Positions 9,438 through 18,313 of a stretch of DNA of 64,000 bases are shown here, piece by piece. This DNA comes from an uncultured Actinomycetes bacterium (lineage in GTDB: Bacteria > Actinomycetota > Actinomycetes > Streptosporangiales > Streptosporangiaceae): the NCBI GenBank assembly GCA_963722055.1, contig CAVRLA010000004.1, positions 339,987 to 403,986 of the forward strand, read 5' to 3'. How positions within the stretch are numbered: position 1 is the first letter of the stretch; the number at the start of each line of letters is the position of its first letter. A program made the position numbers and the translations under genes. The notes below the pieces were generated by a model. The model was not told the origin of the DNA and searched no databases. It saw only the letters and a list, made by a program, of their open reading frames with translations.

Positions 9438-9482
9438 CCGACCCTCACGGCACCCCCCCTCACTACCTGCCGTGAGGGTCGG
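9438..9482 (+). other. perfect 15-bp-stem hairpin with C-rich 15-nt loop
   Basis: ccgaccctcacggca (9438-9452) pairs with tgccgtgagggtcgg (9468-9482). The loop is cccccccTcactacc. It lies 31 nt after the stop of an SD-preceded 28-codon sORF (9320-9406). Confidence 0.6.
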
Positions 9483-9646
9483 CACCCTCTCTCTAAGCCG
9501 TACCTGACCGGGCCCGCCCGGCAGGAGAGCTTTCCTGAATCGTCGGGTTATGTTGCTCATTACGTCACTTCGCGCGTTCCGCCCGAGGCCGGGGACAACG
9601 AGACGGTGCGCAGAAGACCACCTGCGGCGCCGGGGGGTTCACCAGG

Positions 9647-9665
9647 TAAGGTTTGCCTAAGCTAA
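9647..9665. promoter_or_regulatory. candidate IdeR/DmdR (DtxR-family) iron box
   Basis: TAAGGTTTGCCTAAGCTAA matches the iron-box consensus TTAGGTTAGGCTAACCTAA (recalled from memory) at 15 of 19 positions. It sits 43 bp upstream of the FTR1/EfeU start. Confidence 0.5.
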
Positions 9666-9707
9666 GTTTGATCCGACAATTCAGGCCGCTACGAATGGAG
9701 GCCGTGC

Positions 9708-10553
9708 GTGCTCGCTACGCTCGTCATCTTCCTGCGCGAGGGTGTGGAAGCGAGCATGATCATCGCGATCCTGCTGGCCTACCTGAACCGCATCGGGCGG
9801 CGCGAGCACTTCCGTGACGTCTTCCTCGGGGTGGGGGCCGCGCTCGTGCTCGCCACGGGGGGCGGGGTCGCGGCCTACGAGACCATCCGCAGCTATGACG
9901 GCTCGCGGGTGCAGACGATCTTCGAAACCGTCACCTACCTGGTCGCCGCGACCGTACTGACGTACATGACGTTCTGGATGCGCAAGCACGCCCGGTCGCT
10001 GTCCAAGGAACTGCGAGCCCGGGCCGACGCCGCGCTGGACGGGCGGGCCCGGTGGGGCCTGGGCCTGCTGGCCTTTCAGGCCGTCGGCCGCGAGGGCCTG
10101 GAAACGGTCGTCTTCACTCTGGCCATCATCTTCTCCACCTCCGCGGCGGGTGCCCTGACCGGAGCGGTGATCGGGCTGGCCGGATCGCTGGCCATCGCGT
10201 TCGTCATCTACCGGCTGGGTCACAAGCTGAACCTGGCCCGGTTCTTCACCGTGATCGGCGTGCTGCTGATGGTCTTTGCCGCGGGCCTGCTGGCCGATGC
10301 GGTGGAGAACCTCCAGCAACTGGGCTGGCTGCCGGTGCTCGACGCGCCGATGTGGCACTCGGCCCGGCTGCTGTCGGAGGAGAGCGCGCTCGGGGACGTG
10401 CTACACAGCTTCTTCGGCTACAGCGACGCCCCCACGCCGCTGCAACTGCTTATCTACGTCGCGTACCTGGCCATCGTGGTGATGGTCTACCTCGGCGTGC
10501 GGGGCAGGCTCGCGGCGGCCCGTGGGAATGGCCCGCGTCCGGCCACTCGCTGA
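9708..10553 (+). CDS. efeU: FTR1/EfeU-family high-affinity iron permease
   Basis: 281 aa polytopic protein with the two family-defining REXXE motifs (FLREGVEASMI and VGREGLETVVF). GTG start 10 nt after GGAGG. Confidence 0.85.
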   Translation: MLATLVIFLREGVEASMIIAILLAYLNRIGRREHFRDVFLGVGAALVLATGGGVAAYETIRSYDGSRVQTIFETVTYLVAATVLTYMTFWMRKHARSLSKELRARADAALDGRARWGLGLLAFQAVGREGLETVVFTLAIIFSTSAAGALTGAVIGLAGSLAIAFVIYRLGHKLNLARFFTVIGVLLMVFAAGLLADAVENLQQLGWLPVLDAPMWHSARLLSEESALGDVLHSFFGYSDAPTPLQLLIYVAYLAIVVMVYLGVRGRLAAARGNGPRPATR

Positions 10554-10726
10554 CCCTTTGCTCGCGGCTGGCTGTGGGTTGGCTCTGAGTCACGGCGCAG
10601 GGGCCGCGTCCGCGCCCCAAACCGCCTACGATAGAGCGCGGTATCCGGGATGGCGGCTACCCTTGCGCGGTCGCGCAGGTACGAGAACAGCGGGCGCGGA
10701 CCTGACCGCCGCGGGCTGACAAAGGG

Positions 10727-11665
10727 TTGGACGAAGCGAGCATGGGCAAGGCAAGCAGAACAAAGGTGGAATCCACCCGCCGGGAGAAGATCGCCGCCCA
10801 GCGGGCGGCGGAGCGCCGGGCCGAGAAACGCCGGCGGATCCTCCTCGCCACGGGCAGCGTTGTCGTCGTGCTGGCGATCGTGCTGGTCTTCGTCATCGTC
10901 AAGCTGAACAGCAAGAGCCCGTCGGGCTCGTCGGCGGCGTCGAACGGCCCCACTGGCGCGGCGCTGAGCGCCGTAGTGGACAACGTCACGTCGGTGCCCG
11001 CGAGCACCCTGGACAAGGTTGGAGCCGGCGGGTTCACCGGGAAGATTCAGCCCATCACGGGGTCGCCGGCGGCCCTGACGGCGAACGGCAAGCCCGAGAT
11101 GCTGTACATGGGCGCCGAGTACTGTCCCTACTGCGGAGCCGCGCGCTGGGCCATGATCGTGGCGTTGAGCCGGTTCGGCACGTTCTCGGGCCTGAGCACC
11201 GTTCACTCGTCGAGCACCGACGTCGACCCCAACACGCCCACGTGGACCTTTTACAAGTCCACCTACACGAGCAAGTACCTGACCTTCACCCCCGTCGAGA
11301 TGACGACGAACGTCCCGGACTCCAGCTCCCCCTCGGGCTATGTCACGCTTCAGACCCCCAGCGCTGCTCAGCAGGCGTTGATGAACAAGTACGACGTCGC
11401 GCCCTACACCACCCAGAACGGCGCGATCCCGTTCATGGACTTCGGCAACAAGTACGTGAGCATCGGCAGTCCCTACGACCCGGGCGTGCTGGCCGGGCTG
11501 AGCTGGAGCCAGGTCGCGACGGACCTCAAAAACCCGAGCAGCATGGTCGCCCAGGCCATCGACGGGACGGCGAACTACATCACGGCCGCGATCTGCAAGA
11601 TGACCGGCAACCAGCCGGCCAGCGCATGTACCTCGGCCGTCCAGTCCATAGAGGCCACGCTCTAA
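10727..11665 (+). CDS. DUF929-like membrane-anchored thioredoxin-fold protein with CPYC motif
   Basis: 312 aa. N-terminal TM anchor after a basic segment, then [15 protein letters not shown] (CxxC) as in DUF929 proteins. Directly upstream of a VKOR gene. Confidence 0.75.
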   Translation: MDEASMGKASRTKVESTRREKIAAQRAAERRAEKRRRILLATGSVVVVLAIVLVFVIVKLNSKSPSGSSAASNGPTGAALSAVVDNVTSVPASTLDKVGAGGFTGKIQPITGSPAALTANGKPEMLYMGAEYCPYCGAARWAMIVALSRFGTFSGLSTVHSSSTDVDPNTPTWTFYKSTYTSKYLTFTPVEMTTNVPDSSSPSGYVTLQTPSAAQQALMNKYDVAPYTTQNGAIPFMDFGNKYVSIGSPYDPGVLAGLSWSQVATDLKNPSSMVAQAIDGTANYITAAICKMTGNQPASACTSAVQSIEATL

Positions 11666-11732
11666 GGCTGGCTTAGGACCCGCGCGGTACAATCCCGCCA
11701 GCAGCCGTGACACCACCGGAGGCGAAGCCCGG

Positions 11733-12506
11733 ATGACAGCGTCAAAGTCGAGCCGCGCCCGTAACGCCCGGGCCCAGCGAACCCAAACGGCCCAGGCCAA
11801 TGCGGCCAGGAACGGCAGCGCGGCGGGCCGCGCCAACGGGACTGGCGCCGCGGTGAAGCCCGACGCCGCCGTCAAGGCGGACGCTCCGGTCAAGGCGAGC
11901 GCTCCGGTCAAGGACGGCGGCACGGCGGTCAGGGCGGGGAGCCAGCCACGGGTCGTGGCGGTGCGCGGCGGCGCTCCGGATCGGCGTGGTCCGCGCGGTG
12001 CGGCCCTCACGCCTGAGGTCGCCGCCGAGGGGCCGTCTAGCGCGATGGTCCCGCTGTGGATGCAGTTGGTCACCTTCGCCCTGGCCCTGGCCGGCCTGGG
12101 CGTGTCGATCTACCTGACCATCGCGCACTTCACCGAGTCGACCCTGCTCGGGTGCTCGGAAAAGGCGGGGCTGGTGAACTGCACCAAGGTGACGACCAGC
12201 GCGCAGTCATACGTGTTCGGGATCCCGGTGGCCGTGCTCGGGCTGGCCTTCTTCGTGGCCGCGGTGGCGCTGATGAGCCCGTGGGCCTGGCAGGCGCCCC
12301 GGTACCGGCGCGAGATCTACCTGATCCGGCTGGCGTCGCTGGTGGTCGCCATCGGCTTCGTGCTCTACCTGCTGTACGCCGAGCTGTTCATCATCGGCAG
12401 CATCTGCCTGTACTGCACCAGCGTGCACGTGATCACGTTCCTGCTGTTCGGGCTGACCGTCTTCGCCGCCGCGGCCTGGGGTATACCCGAGCGCCAGCGC
12501 GGCTAG
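11733..12506 (+). CDS. vitamin K epoxide reductase (VKOR) family disulfide oxidoreductase
   Basis: 257 aa. Loop cysteines LLGCSEKAGLVNCTKV and active-site ICLYCTSVH (CxxC) in a 4-5 TM core. The long Ala/Lys-rich N-terminal extension contains imperfect 18-bp repeats (DAAVKA/DAPVKA/SAPVKD). The exact start is uncertain. Confidence 0.8.
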   Translation: MTASKSSRARNARAQRTQTAQANAARNGSAAGRANGTGAAVKPDAAVKADAPVKASAPVKDGGTAVRAGSQPRVVAVRGGAPDRRGPRGAALTPEVAAEGPSSAMVPLWMQLVTFALALAGLGVSIYLTIAHFTESTLLGCSEKAGLVNCTKVTTSAQSYVFGIPVAVLGLAFFVAAVALMSPWAWQAPRYRREIYLIRLASLVVAIGFVLYLLYAELFIIGSICLYCTSVHVITFLLFGLTVFAAAAWGIPERQRG

Positions 12507-12898
12507 CTCGGCGGCCCGCTGAGGGCGCCCTCGTTACCGGGTGGATGGACCGTTGTACCAGCTCTTACAAGCACGATGGTCCACCGACCCGCATCGGGAA
12601 GCCGTGGCGTGCGAGGCGGGCGGGCAGGCAGCCGGCAGGGTTGCGGATCGGCTCGACGATTCGTCGGGGCCGGCGAACCGGCTGGTCATTACATCTTCCT
12701 CATGTTCGCGTGCGGCGGGGTCCGGGCGCGGCCGTACGGATTACCCTGAAGGCACCCTGGGCCTGGCCGCACGTGATCCCGTCACGCCCGAACGGCGGAA
12801 GGACGCGCAGTACAGCGCGGGTCGGCTGTGCCGGCGGGGCAGCCTGGGTCGGCTGTGCCGACGGGCAATCGAGGCGGGCTAAGAGAGGAGCGGCTTCC

Positions 12899-14839
12899 GT
12901 GCCGGGCATGAACTCAGGCCTGAATCCGGCCGACCCGACACTGGTTGCCGCGTTCAGGTCCGCACTGCTGCATCAGGGCGCGATCGCGCTGCTCGTCATC
13001 GTGTTCCTAGGGCTGCTGTGGGCGACCGCCTGGACCTGGCGGCTCACCGCGTCCGGCGCGAAGACCCCGAAGACGGACGAACCGGCGCAGACGGGCGGGG
13101 GCCGGGCTGCGCGCGGGACCTGGGCGTTGGGACGCGTGGCAGCGGAGGCCGGCGCGAGTGAGCGCGGCGGGTCCGGGGAGGCGCGGGGGCGGCGGCTGCT
13201 GCGCGTCGGGTTCGGGCTGCTGTGGATCCTGGACGGGATCTTGCAGGCCCAGCCCAAGATGGCGGGCGGGCTGGCCGCGCAGGTCATCGAGCCAGCGGCG
13301 GCCGCCTCGCCGGTCTGGGTCCAGCACGTGGTCAACTGGGGCGGGACGATCTGGTCCTTCCACCCCATCCAGTCCGGCGCGGCCTCGGTGTGGATCCAGG
13401 TCGGGATCGGCCTCTGGCTCCTGGTGGCCAAGAGCGGGCCGTGGTCCAGGCTGGCCGGGCTGGCCGCCGTGGCCTGGGGCCTGGTGGTGTGGGTGTTCGG
13501 GGAGTCGTTCGGCGGGATCTTCGCGCCGGGGCTGAGCTGGCTGACCGGGGCGCCCGGGGCCGTGCTGCTCTACGTGGTCGCCGGAGCGCTGGTCGCCCTG
13601 CCCGAGCAGGCCTGGCGGAGCCCTGCTCATCTCCGGCAGCTAGGGCGGCTGCTGCTGGGCGGGATCGGGCTGTTCTTCATCGGCATGGCGGTGCTGCAGG
13701 CCTGGCCGGGCCGGGGTTTCTGGTCAGGAACGATCGACGGCAAGCCGGGCACCCTGGCAGGCATGGTCCAGCAGATGTCCGGGACCCCCCAGCCGCACGT
13801 ACTGTCCGCCCTGCTGGCCCGGTTCGGCTCGTTCGTGGCCAGCAACGGCTTCGCGGTGAACCTGGTGGTGGTGATCGCGCTCGCGGCCATGGGCGCGATC
13901 TTCCTGACGGGTAAGCCCCGGCTGGTCCGGTACGCGGTGTGGTTCGGCATCGTGTTGTGCCTGGCGGACTGGGTGCTGGTCCAGGACTTCGGCTTCCTCG
14001 GCGGGCTGGGCACCGACCCGAACAGCATGATTCCCCTCATTCTGCTGTTCTCGGCCGGGTACCTCGCGCTCAAGCCCGCTGTATCCGTCTCCAGCGTGCC
14101 GGAGACGGATACAGCGCCGGCCGTTGCGGCAGAGGGTCGGCGGCCGCTGACGCCGCGGGCGCTGGGCGCCGCGGTGACGACGGCCAGCGCCCGGTCGGTC
14201 GGGGCGGTGGCGGCGCTGGCGATCATCGCCCTCGGGGCCGCGCCGATGGCCGCCGCGGCGGCGAACCGGACCGCGGACCCGATCCTGGCCCTGGCCATCG
14301 CGGGCGACAGCTCCGCGATGAACGTCCCGGCCCCAGCCTTCCAGCTGACCGACCAGAACGGCCAGCCGGTCTCGCTGGCCAGCCTGCGCGGCAGGGTCGT
14401 GCTGATGACCTTCCTGGACCCGGTGTGCACCAGCGACTGCCCGATCATCGGGGCCGAGTTCAAGGAGGCGGGGGTGCTGCTCGGCGCCGCGGACAAACAC
14501 GTGGAACTGGTCGCCGTAGTGGCCAACCCGACCTACCGGTCGGTCGCGTTCACCCAGGCCTTCGACCGGGAAGAGGGGCTGAACACCGTGCCGAACTGGC
14601 TGTACCTGACCGGTTCGCTCAGCCAGCTCGGCCAGGTCTGGCGGCAGTACGGGATCACGGTGGAGAACCTGCCCGCGGGCGCGATGTCCGCCCACAACGA
14701 CCTGGCCGTGGTCATCGATCGGACCGGGCACATCCGCGAGGAGCTGGGCGCCGACCCCGGGCCCGGCACGGCCAGCACCCAGTCCTCGTTCTCCGTGCTG
14801 CTCAGCCAGTACGCCCGCCAGGCGCTGAGCGGCTCGTGA
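12899..14839 (+). CDS. fusion protein: uncharacterised polytopic membrane module + C-terminal SCO1/SenC copper chaperone domain
   Basis: The real gene is the 3' part of the 927-aa track ORF. In-frame GTG 12899 lies 10 nt after AGAGGAG (ATG 12908 is an alternative). The C-terminus has an SCO1 CxxxC (DPVCTSDCP) plus a conserved His region (SAHNDLAVVID). The N-terminal module is paralogous to the 19232-20248 product. Confidence 0.8.
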   Translation: MPGMNSGLNPADPTLVAAFRSALLHQGAIALLVIVFLGLLWATAWTWRLTASGAKTPKTDEPAQTGGGRAARGTWALGRVAAEAGASERGGSGEARGRRLLRVGFGLLWILDGILQAQPKMAGGLAAQVIEPAAAASPVWVQHVVNWGGTIWSFHPIQSGAASVWIQVGIGLWLLVAKSGPWSRLAGLAAVAWGLVVWVFGESFGGIFAPGLSWLTGAPGAVLLYVVAGALVALPEQAWRSPAHLRQLGRLLLGGIGLFFIGMAVLQAWPGRGFWSGTIDGKPGTLAGMVQQMSGTPQPHVLSALLARFGSFVASNGFAVNLVVVIALAAMGAIFLTGKPRLVRYAVWFGIVLCLADWVLVQDFGFLGGLGTDPNSMIPLILLFSAGYLALKPAVSVSSVPETDTAPAVAAEGRRPLTPRALGAAVTTASARSVGAVAALAIIALGAAPMAAAAANRTADPILALAIAGDSSAMNVPAPAFQLTDQNGQPVSLASLRGRVVLMTFLDPVCTSDCPIIGAEFKEAGVLLGAADKHVELVAVVANPTYRSVAFTQAFDREEGLNTVPNWLYLTGSLSQLGQVWRQYGITVENLPAGAMSAHNDLAVVIDRTGHIREELGADPGPGTASTQSSFSVLLSQYARQALSGS

Positions 14840-16050
14840 GGGGCAGCGCGCGCAGCCGGGGCCCAGCGGGAGGCATTGCCCTCGCGTTGCTCTGGGCCAG
14901 CCTGGCCGCGGGCTGCGGGTCGCAGGTCGCGCCGGCCACCACCCCGGCCCTGCAGGTGCAGACCGCGCCGCTGTCCACCTCGCTGGTCACCCCGCAGGGC
15001 ACCTGGGCGGTCACGGTCATGGGCGGGTCCGCCGCAGCGGAGAACAACTTCTGGCAGCTGTTCGTCCGGCCCGCGGGGGCCAGCCGCTGGTCCCTGGCCA
15101 CCCCGGAGGGGGTGGCGGACAACGGCGGGCTGGTCGCCACGAGCGGCGCGGGCGGCAGTTCGCTGCTGGTCGGGTTCCGGCCCAGCCAGGGGCTGACCTT
15201 CTCGCCGCTGGCCACGAGCAGCGACACGGGCCGGAGCTGGACGCCGGGCCTGCTCGACGCGGGCCTGGCCGACGTCCCGGACGCGATGGCCGTCGCCCCG
15301 TCCGGACAGACCCTGGCCCTGCTGCACGACGGCGGCATCGAGGCGGCGGCGACCACCGGGGCGGCGGCCGCCGGACAGTGGTCGCGGCTGGCCACGCTGG
15401 CTACCCTCGCGGCGTCGGCCCCGGGACGCAGCTGCGGGCTGGTGGCGGTGAACGCCGTTTCGTTCAGTCAAAATAATGTCCCGATGGCGGCGGGCAGCTG
15501 CGTACGGCGGGGTGTGGCGGGGGTTTTCGCCGATACCGGCGGTACGTGGCAGGCGGCCGGGCCGGTGCTGCCCGCCGGGTTCGGCGGGGATCAGATCCAG
15601 GTGCTGGGGCTGGCCCATATGTCGGGTGCCAACGCGGCGCTGTTGCTGGCCGGGAACGACCTGCTGGCGGCCTGGTCGGACGGGGGCCGCTGGACGGTCT
15701 CGGCCCCGGTGGCGGCGGCCGCCGGAGATGAGCCCGGAGATGGGCCCGGAGATGAGCACGGCGTGCGCGCGGCGGGGTTCGGGGTCGACGGGAGCCTCTG
15801 GGTGCTGCTCGGCGGGGGCCGCGCAGAGACGGTCAGCGGGCCCGGGGCCTCCTGGCAGGCGCTGCCCCCCGTGCCGGCAGGCACCCAGGTACTCGTACCG
15901 GCGGGCACCGCGACGCTAGCCCCTGGATCGGGTGGCTACGACGCGCTGGCGGTGTCGGGCTCCCGGCTCACCGTCTGGCAGCTCACCGGCGCGGCCTGGG
16001 CCCGGGCCCAGGTGATCAACGTGCCGATCGAGTACGGCTCCTCCGGGTAG
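14836..16050 (+). CDS. lipoprotein with BNR/Asp-box-like motif, function unknown
   Basis: In-frame GTG 14836 overlaps the upstream TGA (GTGA). Signal peptide plus lipobox LAAGC. Asp-box-like SSDTGRSW. Contains the GDEPGDGPGDE insert encoded by the 12-nt repeat. Confidence 0.75.
   Translation: MRGSARSRGPAGGIALALLWASLAAGCGSQVAPATTPALQVQTAPLSTSLVTPQGTWAVTVMGGSAAAENNFWQLFVRPAGASRWSLATPEGVADNGGLVATSGAGGSSLLVGFRPSQGLTFSPLATSSDTGRSWTPGLLDAGLADVPDAMAVAPSGQTLALLHDGGIEAAATTGAAAAGQWSRLATLATLAASAPGRSCGLVAVNAVSFSQNNVPMAAGSCVRRGVAGVFADTGGTWQAAGPVLPAGFGGDQIQVLGLAHMSGANAALLLAGNDLLAAWSDGGRWTVSAPVAAAAGDEPGDGPGDEHGVRAAGFGVDGSLWVLLGGGRAETVSGPGASWQALPPVPAGTQVLVPAGTATLAPGSGGYDALAVSGSRLTVWQLTGAAWARAQVINVPIEYGSSG
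15722..15757 (+). repeat. 3 x 12-nt tandem repeat CCGGAGATGRGC inside the lipoprotein gene
   Basis: ccggagatgagc ccggagatgggc ccggagatgagc. Read in a different frame (GDEP GDGP GDEH) from the SARP copy. Confidence 0.95.
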
Positions 16051-16058
16051 GAAGGCCC

Positions 16059-17009
16059 ATGAACTACATCACGCAACACTGGTCCTTCGACCCGTTCCTC
16101 ATCCTGGCCGTGGCGATCGCCGGGTGGCATGAGGTCGGGCTGTGGCGGCTGGCCCGGCGGTCCCGGCCCGAGCGGACGCATGAGCGGCGGCTGCGCTCGC
16201 TGTGGTTCTACGCCGGACTGGTTGTGCTGCTGCTCGCCGTGGAGTCGCCGGTTGACTACTGGGCCGACAGCTACTTCCTCGTGCACATGATCCAGCACCT
16301 GCTGCTGATGTTCGCCGCGCCGTCGCTGATCGTGGCGGGCGCGCCGTGGCTGCCGCTGCTCGCCGCGCTGCCCGGGCACTCGGGCCGCAGCGTGACCCGG
16401 GGCGTGCTGGCGGGCGGCTGGTCCCGGCCGCTGCGCGCCGTAGGCGGGTTCTTCCTGCGGCCGTGGGTGGCGGTCGGGCTGTTCAACGCGGTGATGCTCT
16501 TCTGGCACCTGCCCCCGCCCTTCGACCTGGCCGAGAACAACCAGGCGGTGCACATCTGGCTGATGCACGGGAGCTTCTTCGCGGCCGGGGTGCTGTTCTG
16601 GCTGCAGTTCATCCCGTCGCCGCCGTTCCGCCGCCGGATGCCGCTGGTGTCCCAGGCCGCCGCGCTGCTGGTGACCAACGCGGTCATGATCGGGATCGCG
16701 ATGTCGTTGAGCATCTTCGTCAACGCCTCGGTGTACTCGGTCTACGACCACGTGCCCGGCGTTACCCTGCCCCCGTTCGCCGACCAGCAGATCGGCGCGG
16801 CGATTCTGTGGGTGTGCGGCGACTTCTGGGCGCTGCCCGCGATGATCATGATCGTGCGCCAGCTGATCGTGGCCGACGGGAGCCTCACTGCGGCGCTGGA
16901 CAAGGTGCTAAACCGGGGCGCGTCCCGCAACACCTGGACGGCGTGGGGGCGGCCGCGCGCGGGCGCGCTGACCAGTCAGCGGCCGTCGCCGCCGGACGTG
17001 GAGTCGTGA
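16059..17009 (+). CDS. ctaG: cytochrome c oxidase assembly factor CtaG-like (Caa3_CtaG / CopD-like membrane protein)
   Basis: 316 aa polytopic protein. Family-typical LVHMIQHLLLMFAAPSLIV. Follows the SCO1 fusion and the lipoprotein on the same strand. Confidence 0.7.
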   Translation: MNYITQHWSFDPFLILAVAIAGWHEVGLWRLARRSRPERTHERRLRSLWFYAGLVVLLLAVESPVDYWADSYFLVHMIQHLLLMFAAPSLIVAGAPWLPLLAALPGHSGRSVTRGVLAGGWSRPLRAVGGFFLRPWVAVGLFNAVMLFWHLPPPFDLAENNQAVHIWLMHGSFFAAGVLFWLQFIPSPPFRRRMPLVSQAAALLVTNAVMIGIAMSLSIFVNASVYSVYDHVPGVTLPPFADQQIGAAILWVCGDFWALPAMIMIVRQLIVADGSLTAALDKVLNRGASRNTWTAWGRPRAGALTSQRPSPPDVES

Positions 17010-18100
17010 GCCTGGCGCTGGTGGGCGGGCCGGGAGAACTTCCGGGCCGCCGGGCCGTCGTGGAGCGCCCCGTTCACCGGGGTGGCGGAGAACGCGGTTC
17101 CGTCCACCGAACCGCCCGGTGACCTGCGGGGCGATGAGCGGCCAAGCGAGCCGTGACGAGACGGACGGACGGACGGCACGTCCGGGGTGTGGGCGCCCGT
17201 ACCGTGCGACCCGGGCGTGATCACGTCGGTGATCTTCCGCAGGCCGCTGAAGGCAGACGAGCGTGCCACCGCGATCACCCCGATGATCAGCGCGGCGATC
17301 CCGCCCGCCTCGATGGCCAGCAGGCCCGGCGTGACCTGGACCCGGTCGCCGAACACGAGAATCCCGAGCGCGATCCCGGCCAGCGGCTCGCCGGCCGCGA
17401 TGGCGGGCAGCGAGGCGTGCAGCGGGGCCGCGCTGAACGCGTTCTGCATCAGCCAGATGCCGACGATCCCGGCGGCGATCAGGGCGTAGGCCGACCACGT
17501 GGTGAACAGCACGGTCCACGAGTTGCCCTGCAGGCCGGTCAGCGTCTGCCGGGTCAGCGCGTCCTGGATGCCGAACACCAGGCCGGCGGCCAGGCCGGTG
17601 AGGGTGGCCCGGACCTGTCCGGTCCGGCGGTGCCCGATCATCACGGCCACGAGCGCGACGCCCGCGATGATGGCCGCCGCGTACCAGTGCGAGAGCGAGC
17701 CGAAGTCCAGGCCGATGGGCGTGATCGACCGGGACACCGACACCAGGCCGACGCCGGTGATCAAGATGAGGGCGCCGATCACCTCGGTAACCTTGAGGCG
17801 CTGCCGGGACAGCGGGACGGCCAGGACCAGGGCCCAGACCAGGTAGGTGGCCAGCAGCGGCTCGACCAGCGTCAGCTCGAGGTGGTCGATCGACCAGGCC
17901 GTAAGCCCGTAGCCCGCCACCATGCAGCCGATGCCGAGCAGCCACCGGGGCTTGCGCAGCAGGTCGGTCAGGATGCGCAGGTGCAGGAACCGCGACTCGG
18001 GCTCCTGCTCCGCGGCGTACTGCTGGAGCACGAACCCGACCCCGAGCAGCACGGCAGCCAGAAGGGTGGTCGCGTAGTCCACATCCAGGTCCAGGTCCAC
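16976..18100 (-). CDS. DMT-superfamily-like multi-pass membrane protein with disordered C-terminal tail
   Basis: 374 aa, hydrophobic throughout the first ~290 aa. Its 3' end overlaps the convergent ctaG-like gene by 34 nt. Confidence 0.6.
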   Translation of the reverse strand: MDLDLDVDYATTLLAAVLLGVGFVLQQYAAEQEPESRFLHLRILTDLLRKPRWLLGIGCMVAGYGLTAWSIDHLELTLVEPLLATYLVWALVLAVPLSRQRLKVTEVIGALILITGVGLVSVSRSITPIGLDFGSLSHWYAAAIIAGVALVAVMIGHRRTGQVRATLTGLAAGLVFGIQDALTRQTLTGLQGNSWTVLFTTWSAYALIAAGIVGIWLMQNAFSAAPLHASLPAIAAGEPLAGIALGILVFGDRVQVTPGLLAIEAGGIAALIIGVIAVARSSAFSGLRKITDVITPGSHGTGAHTPDVPSVRPSRHGSLGRSSPRRSPGGSVDGTAFSATPVNGALHDGPAARKFSRPAHQRQAHDSTSGGDGR

Positions 18101-18313
18101 GGTGCTCTATCTTCACCTCGGGGGCAAAGTTATGCGGTTATCAACTACAACGTGTGCTGCTGACGACTAGTTTCTGCGGAGCGAGGGCCGGCGGACGCTT
18201 CGAGCGTACGTCAGCCCTGCTCCCTACTCTGGCCGCCGCGCCGCCAGGGGCGATCATCATAACGGCCGTCCCACGCGCTTGGCATCACCCGTTGACCGGC
18301 GTGGCCGGTGCGC

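Noticed and set aside
9438-9482. 6C sRNA
   Set aside because: 6C RNAs have two hairpins, each with a C-rich loop. Only one is present here and I see no convincing second stem, so it is kept only as an unclassified hairpin.
9351-9560. 69-aa minus-strand ORF in the SARP/EfeU intergenic region
   Set aside because: No SD, odd composition, and it spans the hairpin. It is more likely non-coding.
10487-12073. 528-aa minus-strand ORF across the DUF929 and VKOR genes
   Set aside because: Low-complexity shadow frame. The plus-strand genes carry CPYC and VKOR signatures.
12056-12898. 5' extension of the 927-aa ORF (and likewise 13939-14835 of the 703-aa ORF)
   Set aside because: The extensions are out-of-context R/G/P-rich sequence overlapping VKOR or the SCO1 fusion. 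Plausible internal starts with an SD or GTGA coupling exist at 12899 and 14836.
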